64,000 nt of DNA from Vermamoeba vermiformis (taxonomy: Eukaryota): assembly GCA_045837725.1 (NCBI GenBank), contig JBEWZL010000013.1, positions 372,001 to 436,000 on the forward strand. Reading direction: 5' to 3'. The notes below the pieces were generated by a model. It made no database searches. It saw only the letters and a list, made by a program, of their open reading frames with translations, and was not told where the DNA came from. Both the position numbers and the translations under genes were made by a program. Shown piece by piece: positions 51,124-64,000 of the stretch (position 1 is the stretch's first letter; each line of letters begins with the position of its first letter).

Positions 51124-54100
51124 TTATTTACTTGGAGCTTCAGTGTTGGTATTTGAAGCAGACTTAGCGGGCACATCCGAGGTCCAAGCGAGGTCAGTAA
51201 TAATACCCGCAGCTACTGTTTGATTGCCTTCGCGCAAAGTAAATCTGCCGAGCTGTTTGTAATTGCTGTACGTCTCTAAGAGCAATGGCTTTTCAGTTTG
51301 AATTTCGACAATAGCCGTCGATTTATCCATAAGACATCTTCGCATGAAATATAATATTAGTACTTCCTTATATACAATATATTTCGTATTTTCAGTTTCA
51401 AATTGAATTTTCATTATTTTGTCTTGGATCTACCTTGGGCGTTTTTGTTTGACCTCGCCGGTAGTAGGATCTAATACTGAGACCATCTTCTTCAATACTA
51501 CGGGTTCGTTCAAGTTGTGCAAGAACATGTACAAACTTTGTCCTCTGACGAGCGGATGTGGCATCGAGAACGTAATGATTTGCGCGGTGATGGTTCTAAC
51601 GAGGCTGATAGGGTTCTCGGGGTCACATAGAACATTACCAAAGTTAATGACCTTGATATCAATGCCCGTCAAGGCAATATCTACGTTTTCTCCGGCTGTG
51701 GCATAATCAACGACCTCTCCTTGTGCCATTCTGACATCTACGGTTCAAACACATGAGACTACGTCCTATTAAATATCAATCAGCTAACTTACGCTTTACA
51801 GTGCAGATCTCGTTGGCTGGCATGAGTAAAAGCTATTGCAAGTTTGGATTAGTACTGGCAATGGCGTGTCATATCGTTGTTTGAGTACCTTGTCACCGGT
51901 CGACACGACACCAGCTTCGATTTTACCGGCAATAGTGACACCTCCGGCCTGATTGACGTCTTTGTACACGTCAGAAACTGATAACCTGAACGGCTTTTCC
52001 ATGTCGCGAACAGCAGGGGCGAAGTTATCTAGATGTAAAAGTCAGCCTTATTGAGGCACATAGCTGCATTAATCCAATGACTTACCAATGCGATTGTACA
52101 ATGTAGGGCCATCGTACCAAGCAGACAGTTTCGGTTCCTTGCGCTCGATCAAGTTTTCACCCGACAAACCGCTGCAAGGCACGAAGGACAGTTGCGTGTC
52201 CTTGAATCCAACCTTCTTCAAGAACGCCAACACTTCGCGCTTGATTAGTTCGTATCGATCTTGCGACCATTGCACAGTGTCCATTTGATTGACTGCTACA
52301 ATCAACTGCGTGACACCGAGAGATCTGGCCAAGATGGCATGTTCTAGCAGCCGACACGTCAATAAAAATACTACTATTGTATTTCATATGCGCGACTTAC
52401 CCTTAGTTTGACCGTCCTCTGAAAAGGCAGTCTCGAACTCGCCTTCACCGGCTCTAATGACCAAAATACCAACATCAGCTTGTGCGGCACCAGAGATCAT
52501 GTTAGGAATAAAGTCGCGGTGTCCAGGAGCGTCCAACAAGGTAATTCTCTTCGTGTCAGTTTCGAATGAGTTGACTGCCACATCGATGGTAATGCCACGT
52601 GATCGTTCTTCTTCGTGTTCGTCCAAAACCCACGCGTAGTGGAAAGAGGCCTTGCCTATTTGACGACTATCACGTTCGTACCTAAAAACAAACATAGGTA
52701 AGTCCCAACAATATCCCAACATTGACAAGTGTAAAAAAATTTCGCGTAATGAAATTTCAAAATAGAAGTATTTGAAAGGAGACTTACTTTGCGAGAGTCT
52801 TTTGCGAGACATATCCTTTCAAAAACAACATATGACCCATCAATGTGCTCTTGCCTGCATCGACGTGACCAATCACAATCATGTTCAAGTGGTCTTTGCC
52901 TTTAGGCTGTTCTTTGATCTTATTAAACACTTCTTTCTTCCTCGCCTCGCTCATCTGTTTGACTTGTTTGCGCGGTGTCTTCTTAATCTCGTTTGATTTT
53001 CTCATTTCATCGTCAATGTTCATGCGATCCAGATCCTTCGTGACTTGTTCAACATTTGTTTTGTCCGTTGGTTTCTTAGCTGCCGCGGCTTTAGCTTGAG
53101 CAGCTGTAAGACTTTTCTTGATAACTGGCTGAACTTTAGGCTCCGTGGCCACAATTAAAGGCTCGCTTGGAGTAGTAAGAACGGATTCAACTTTTTTCTT
53201 GGTAAATGCTTTGTTTTGCTTGTTCATGACTTCATCGTCCGGTGAAGGAGCAGTAAAATCAAAAGGCTTGACGTCCCTATAATAGAATCAAATTAGCCTT
53301 AATTCCTGAAGAGATCCGAAAAATAAATATTAATTTTTTCGTTCAAATAAATTATTCCGTACGATGGTAAATTGCCAAATTGGCTCGTGATATTCAACGA
53401 GAAGTTTTGATCTTTTAGAATCGATTTAACGGCGTTATTGCCCGCATCAAGATCCGATGATTTGCCGTTCGAACTCAATTGCTGAGCTAATGTAGAAGGA
53501 CTGTACTTTTGAGGGGCTAATGTCACGCGACCACCAATTTGACTATTTGTATATGACCCTGCAGTATTTGTCGCTTTTTTCGCTGAGGCTGGTGGAGCTT
53601 GTTTGCTCGATCCAGGTTGTGGCGCATTATTCTTTTTCGGCTTATTAACCTCCTCGTCAAACGAGAATACTCCAGCTAAATAAACATATTACTATAATAT
53701 TCTAAGCATATTAAAAGTAACTCTAATTTTTCTGACTTTTTGCAGCAAATTGAAAATTAATTTTTTTCGTTGACATTTAAGGCGTTGAATCGAGTATTTA
53801 GTCATATTAATATAGTTATTACTTAAATAGGGTATATATTCGTATTTGCAAATGAAAAATCTTACAGTCTGGTTGAGCGCCATTTCGAGCCAAAATTTTA
53901 TCGATGGTCAAATCAGTCTTGTAATTGCACTCGCGAATCAAATCAGCCAAGTCATCGTCACTCATATTAACGCCATCATCGCCTAATGTTTCGTACACTT
54001 CATTCATAATTTTATCGACGAGATCTAGTTTGAAAAAAAAAATAGAAAATTAAATCAAAAGCAGGCGTTATATTAATATTGATATTAGTCGTACCGAAAT

Positions 54101-54656
54101 CATCTTCGTATTCTTCTTCTTGCTTATTTGGGCCTTTCTTATTTGCCGGCTTTGTAACAATAAAATTTGAAAGATCGTTCGATTGTTGATCTCTGTTGCG
54201 ATTGTTGTACATGTATGTTTCGGCTAATAGAATAATATTAATAATTACAGCATTTACACGAAGAAGAATTATGTAATTTACTCGACAAATTAAAATAATT
54301 CAGAAATATTAAGATGAGGGACAAATTTTACAAGAATGCTCCAAAATAATATATTAACTAACTCTAATATTACTAATGGCTTACCTGATGGCGAGTTAGG
54401 CGAGAAAGAGCCGAAATCATCGTAGTCGTCGTCCAGATCGTCCTCTGTGAACGGCAATTAATTTGCTATTCATTTCTACACGTGTATTTATGGTAAATAT
54501 CGCTTGCTTATTAATTTAATATATTATTTATGACTAATAGAGATTATAGGATAAATTTTAGGTCGATCAGAAGGAAAAAGCAAGTCTTATTTTTGCAAAT
54601 CCGTTGAAACGACGCTTACCGTAATTTTGATTTCGAATAAAGCGATGTCTTGACAT
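51124..54656 (-). CDS. HBS1: HBS1-like translational GTPase (ribosome rescue)
   Basis: MSRHRFIRN...DDDYDD N-terminus; [64 protein letters not shown]. Confidence 0.92.
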
Positions 54657-54934
54657 TGTGTGGTAGTATTAATAATATAATTAGAAAATAAGACTGCGTC
54701 CCGAAGAAATTTGACCGTTTTTTTGCGAAGAGAGAAAAAATTTCAATTCAAACTTTGCCCTGTAAAGATCCACGACAAGTGATCGGATATTTATACAAAT
54801 TACGTATTGTAATATCCATTTTTGTAATATTTATTTCTATTGATACGTTGTTACGCTGTAAAAGAAGATCGCTGATCACGAATCCGCTTTGAATAATCCA
54901 AAAAACAAAATTAATATATTAATAATACTACAAT

Positions 54935-55467
54935 ATGGGCGACAAGAAAGATAAACCATTAGGACGAAATAAAGTCGAATATACACCAGAGGTACCGAAA
55001 TTTTTACAAAAATACATGCAAAAAGAACAGCAAAAAGCCGAAGAAGAAAAAAAACGAGAATTAACTATGCCTGATAGACCAGACCACGAAGATGAAGTGC
55101 CTTTAGTCGTCGCTGATGACGATCTCAAAGCTGAATACGATCGACAGAAAGAAAAACAAAAAGAAATCGAGAAACAGCAAGAAATTGAGCGGCTAAATGA
55201 ACAAGATAAAAGAGTCGCTAAGAAAATCGCGGAAACATCGAAATTTGTCACATCCGAAGAGAACGTCGTTGTTTTTCATAGCAAATCCGACCACAAAACA
55301 GACGATAGTGAAGAGAAAGACAAGTCTAAGAAGAGGAAGGCTAATGCTACGCAAGAGAAGATTGAAGAGCTGCGGAAGAAGCAAAAACAGACGCGAAATC
55401 AGATGTAAAAAGCAAACCTACCAATACAAAGTTATTATCGTTTAATTTAGACGATGAAGAGCAATAA
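54935..55467 (+). CDS. K/E-rich small protein (DUF4604/KIAA1143-like) with an apparent 1-nt frameshift near the 3' end
   Basis: VEYTPEVPKFLQ, RPDHEDEVPLVV; terminal KLLSFNLDDEEQ* lies in the -1 frame. Confidence 0.65.
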
Positions 55468-55794
55468 TAAACTCTATTTATGCTATAGTTGTATATGAAG
55501 TGCTCGAATAATCCAAATTAAGGCTAGTTACTAAAGTTCATTGGCGGATGGGTCAAAAAATTGCTTGGCAATTCCTTCAGGTGCCAACGAATTAAAATAT
55601 ATCGGACTAGTTACTATATTAGGAAGGTGACTTGCAGGTCGCCTACGTTTCGTTCTTTCGTTGTTGCGTTTTTGCGTGGCGAATTAAGCACGTGACTTCA
55701 GGTCCAAACAAAGCCCAGATTTTTTATTTGTTTAAATAGGCGTTAGAAACCACAAGTAGTACTTATATATAGTAGTTATATTAGTAATATTGTA

Positions 55795-59076
<3,282 letters not shown>

Positions 59077-59117
59077 TTGTTTTAAATAAATAATATATGT
59101 TTTTATGTACATTTCGC

Positions 59118-61478
59118 TTACTTAATATTCACGCGCTCTTTTTTGTACGATTTGTTAATCGACGAATCGAGCATGAACGACAGACAAAAATTACAAGTGA
59201 CAATAGTCGTCATTAATATGTACACGAGATGAAAGTCGAACGGGAAGGGCAAGCCTGCTGACAAGGACCACGCGAATAGGGAACCTGCGGAGATAGGTCC
59301 GATCATGCGCGAGAATGCTGCGACACTTTGCCCGAGTCCTAAGAGCATAATATTAATTTTATTTCCTAATTTGGGAATGATATTTTTAGGCTTACCATTG
59401 ACTCGTCCAAGCTTATCGTTTGGAGCAGAGTTGCTGACCATAATGTTGTTGGAGGTAAAAGCACTCGTGCTGAAGCAGTAGCGCATGAGCAACAATGTCA
59501 TTAAGACAATCCACGCGAGCACAATATTGTCATGCAGATTAGCCACGAATGGGAAGAAAAACATGACGGGGATTGATAGCGCCATGCCCACCTAATAATG
59601 GGTTAATACTTAAATAATAGAGTCAAGCATGAAAGAACGTACTCGGAAGGTAATTAATGGCGAGAGTTTCTTAGCCACAATAGGGAACAAAAAGAGTTGA
59701 TAGAACAGCAAAACAGCTGCTGCTGCACTTTGAGCAATGCCGATCTGACTCGATTTGAAGCCAAGACCTCCTTGTTCAGGCGAGCCCAAACTAATAACGA
59801 ACCGATGTTAGCACGCGTAAATTAGGCTCGAATTTCCTTGAAATGGATCGCTGAATTCTGATTGGTCAGTTTGGCCGGTACGCGAAGGAAATTTCAAAAT
59901 CGAAGAACTTACATTAGCAAGGAGAAGGTCTCGTCAAACATATTGATATTAAGTACTAATAGTCCAAATTGCGTTAATGTGACTATAACTTTCTTGCTGA
60001 GAATGGCTTGCGGTCCGCAGACTTTTTTGTACGCTTTTTTGAACGGATTTGACCTGCAACATCTTTTTTCTTCGATTTCGAACTTAATGTCGTCTAATCC
60101 AATATCTTCTTCTAGATCCAGCTTAATATCATATTCTTCGTCTTCTTTAGACTTGATCAGATCTTTCTTTGTCGATCCGTTACTTTCATTATGGTTAACT
60201 TCATCTTCTTCAATTAATTCTAACGCCGTTCCGTTTTCATTATTATTTTCTTCTTTTTTAACTGAATTAAGTTCAATTTGCTCGTTTTCATTGAGTAATT
60301 TCTTATGCTTCTTTTTCAAAGTCTCTTCCAAAAAGAAATATCCGCTGCTAATGCCGACTATTGATAATGATACGCTGATTAAGCACGGTAATAAATACGG
60401 AAAATGTCCGAAAAATCCATCTTCGGCGAATACTGTCGGATATTTTTCTGCTGGATTTGACAACAAACCACCGACCATCATTCCAACTGCACATATTAAT
60501 TAATAAATATCACGAATAGTGTATAGAATACCATGTAGTGATAGTAGGATTATTACGGGGCTAGATTGACTTACCAATGCGTCCAGCAGATCCAGCCAAA
60601 TTTAGTACAATAAAAGCACGTGGCTTGTTCGATTCATCGGTGATTTCAGCCAGATACGTCTTAGTTATTCCGACGTTACTATATTAGGAAGTGTTAAATT
60701 GAATCATTGCATTACGAGAATTTTTGTTTTGGATGTGGATCTGATTTCGTACCCGTTCAGCAAACCATGAAAAAATCTTGATCCCATAGCCCAATAATAA
60801 CTAGTACTGAGACCAAAAGATAACTAGTGAAATATTGTTAGTGATGTATTTCGCCGCACATCCGCGATAAAACTACAGATCTGTTTGGAAAAGTATGAAA
60901 CTCTTAAATTGAGCAATACGCGATTAATATGTTAAGCATAGATAGTCTTAATTAATACTATGATAAACTTACGGTTGCAAATACGGTTCCAATCATGCCT
61001 AAAGAAAATTTATCAGGATCCGAAATAAAAAATGACCGCCAACAATTGATAAATACCTCCTAATAATGTCCATCGACGGCCAAATTTATCTGCTAATTTT
61101 CCCCACCAATAACTGGCCAGGTAAATTGTGTCAGTACGTATTGATGTTAAAATCACATCTGGATCTAATAAATTACCTGCTCAAAAATTGTGCGAATGCA
61201 AATGAACTCATTAAAAAGCCTGCATAATAACCGATCTTCGATGGATCGTCGGTCTGTGTAATAAATATTGATTAGCAATCGAGATCTTGATTTTCCAATT
61301 TTTTTATTTTGTAAATAAATAATATTACCATATGAAAATCCTGGACTAAGAAAGCCACATAAGGAAACAATTGAGTAAGGGCGAGATTATCGCATAAGAG
61401 CATCGTCCACAACACAAACAATTGCTTTTTCGGGATCGGCGTTTCATTAATTGGCTGTTTTGAGCCAATGCCACCCAT
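59118..61478 (-). CDS. Major facilitator superfamily transporter (ZIFL/TCR-like)
   Basis: LFPYVAFLV, YYAGFL, WWGKLADKFGRR, RFFHGLLNG, YLAEITDESN, GGLLSNPA...FPYLLPC...EETL, GRVNG|LGQS.AAFSRMIGP. Confidence 0.92.
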
Positions 61479-61740
61479 CTTACTTGTCTACTTGTTATAT
61501 TCAACTGCTAAAATATATAATTATAATTATATTGTGATTTCCATTTGTTGTGTCGCGATCAGAGTTTTCGTAAGAAAAAATCCACAACGCGAATACAACT
61601 TTCTGCAGCCTCAAACAAGTTTGATACTATACTATAGTAAGGCATCATATAAGAAGATACTAACCTGCATATAAACCGGTAATGGCTCGCAACATTACGG
61701 TTTTTTTTTGGTCGATCGGATCTTGAGTCAATTACAATGC

Positions 61741-64000
61741 TCAGTTTATTAGATGGAACCACATAGACAAATACATTATAATTGAAATTTCATCAGGCTC
61801 TTCAGTGAAGTCCTTCGGGTCTAAAATTTGAGGCACTTTGTACAATTCTTTTGCTGTCTTGAACGCTAGTCGCAAATTATCCATTTTGCGGTACTATAAT
61901 AGATTGGTATTAATATCCTATTCTATAATAATTATATATGACGTGGTACTTACTGGAAGTAATGTATGATACGCTAAGGAATTCGAATTGAACGAATGCA
62001 AAATTGCGCAAAAAGCTAATCCATCTTGAAAACTGAAAACATGGTTAGAAATATTAAAATAATAATATATAGTATGTTATATTACCTTGTAGTGAAATTG
62101 GTGATATTGACATCCTGGTAGCCATGAGTATGTTCTTGGCACCAAGCCAACAGAGCGAATCTGTCGTTGAGACCGCAAAAGTTGATCGGTTTTATATACA
62201 ATTGGTAGGCGATCTGCCATATAAGGTCCATGATAGTTTTAACATTGCCATTTACAATTTCTAAAAGAGAGAATATTAGTAAACAGATCGAGATCGACAC
62301 CCGTACAAAAAAATTCTCTTCAGTTGAAAAAACAGGCTTATTATAGGTTACTTACGTGAAGTATTTACACAGGTTAAATCGATGTTGAGTCGATCTTTCA
62401 GCATTTTAATTGCCAAATTGATGTTTTGAACTTTATCTACATTTGTTTTTGGATGCGGAATGAATCGAGGCATATCTTCATTTATTAGAGCCTATAAAGA
62501 ATCATTAGTTAACTACATTCATTAAGCCTGATTTTCTAAGCGAAATTACCTCGGCTAAGTAAATTAGATTGACTCCATCCGTGAACTCGTCTTTGAGATC
62601 TATAACTTTTTGTCGCTGCAGGTGACTGAGATGATTATTGATCCAACCAACACAAGTCTATAATAAAAGCAAACGCTCGTTAGTACATCTTTTCTCCGAA
62701 GGATTTTTTGGTTCGAAATAAAGTTGATAAAATTTTTCCGAGCACGTGATCGCGTACTGGAACCGAAAAAAAAAGGCGTTTGGTACGTACCATAGTCTGC
62801 ATATTTAACTGATGAAAGTCTCGCCAAACACGTGCATGAGGTGCGTCGCATTGATAGACTTGAGGCCACGCTTGTTCGCTGTTATTATTGATCGCGAGTT
62901 CGTCTTCTAAATCCGGATCTTCAAACACTCCGCCACTGCTTAGACTTCTGTTTCTATGATGGCCAGTAGTAGGATGTCCATTGCCGTTATAATAGCCATT
63001 AGCACTGCCTATTGACCGCGAGCTATGCGATCCGGTTGTACTGCGATCTTCAAGACTTCCAAGGGACTCATCATCTTCCGAATTTTCGAATGTCGTATTA
63101 TCTTCTGACTGAGGGTTATTATTTCCATTAATACTATTGCTAGGATTATTTCCATTCGCTTCGTTGTTCTGGCTCAAATATTCAGGCGCTTGGTACCGAC
63201 TAACGTGCCATCCGTTTTCGACAAAAGTATTCAAGCCATAATAATGATCATCGTATTTGAATTGATCGACCATATAGTTATAATTAGGCTCGTATTCGTC
63301 TTCAGGGCTGTGGCCATTAGGTGGCGTCAGATCCGAAGTTTCGAAGGAAGTTGGTGTAAAGGAATGAATAATGTATTTGCTGAAATATAAATCGTCCTAA
63401 AATACGAGGAAATGTAAGTAACAATTTCGTAGCATTATTATTCTGTTAATCCAAACAAAAAGAAATTTCGAGTTAATCCTGATCCACAATTATCTCGCAT
63501 GAATCGTTTGCATATTATTAATCTTGATAACATTATATACTACACTTACTTTCAATAGACTCTTATCCTCAACTGTTCTAATGTTTCCTAGGGCCAAATA
63601 AGCAATGGCTTTCATCCACTCTCTTCGGGCATTTTCAGAAGGCGCAATTAATTGATAAACTGCGGAATAACGATTAATATTGTGTTATAATAGATATGGC
63701 AGTGGTATAATCTGAGAATATCTTTACACGGCACGATCAGATCCAAAAACGGCAAAAACAAAGGAATTTAAATTCAAAGCCTTAAATTAGATTTTGACAA
63801 ATTACGCTGCGTTACTATTGGTTACTAAGTGCTATATATTTACCTCGAGAGGGCGTTACAATTTCAAACTGAAAGCCTTCACCGTACTCATTCTTTTCAA
63901 TTTGTTGAATTTCTGATATTGAGTTGATATCGATCAAACCTTTGCAAATTCTGTCCTATAAACCATAACGAGTTTGTTAGTAAGCGTATATTACAAGTCT
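61741..64000 (-). CDS. PH-domain protein with tandem calponin-homology (actinin-type) domains; 5' end outside the window
   Basis: PH: KGLIDI...FEIVTPSR|VYQLIA...REEWMKAI. CH1: GWINNHL...DEFTDGVNLIYLAE...IVNGNVKTIMDLIWQI. CH2: LLAWCQ...ITNFTT|SFQDGLAFCAILH...NLRLAF...VPQILDP. Confidence 0.88.

Noticed and set aside
62600-62869. Apparent frameshift at the A9 run in the PH-CH gene
   Set aside because: The run lies inside a GT-AG intron (ACT ATG|gtacgt...tag|ACT TGT); splicing restores the frame.

Overview
Compact, intron-rich eukaryotic nuclear DNA. It is probably from a protist and likely amoebozoan, an inference from gene content and the 5S sequence. About 27 protein genes can be assembled across short GT-AG introns, with a few GC-AG: PEX12, an RNF170-like ligase, an MT-A70 adenine methyltransferase with ZZ fingers (AMT1/2/5-type), a GATA factor, a Mei2-like RRM protein, RasGEF, a triple ADF-H coactosin-like protein, a TPP1/Est3-like OB protein, an RCC1-repeat protein, a divergent RPL12/uL11 paralog fused to a CCCH finger, two F-box paralogs, a kelch-EGF-GPI fragment, RPS14, CNOT2, CutC, a TCERG1/PRP40-like protein, RECQL4, HBS1, copine, an MFS transporter and a PH-CH-CH protein. 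The most unusual items are: (1) a 1.5-kb intron of the TCERG1-like gene carrying a Pol III cassette of three tRNAs (some atypical), a 5S rRNA and a truncated tRNA-Ile that matches a full copy in a RECQL4 intron; (2) a ~270-bp TA-flanked TIR element that folds into one long G·U-rich hairpin inside another RECQL4 intron; (3) the RPL12-CCCH fusion; (4) an F-box/kelch chimeric junction; (5) a recurring 12-bp palindrome, TGACACGTGTCA, mostly in introns. Gene models were assembled by eye and exon boundaries are approximate. Family calls rest on recalled motifs, not database searches.
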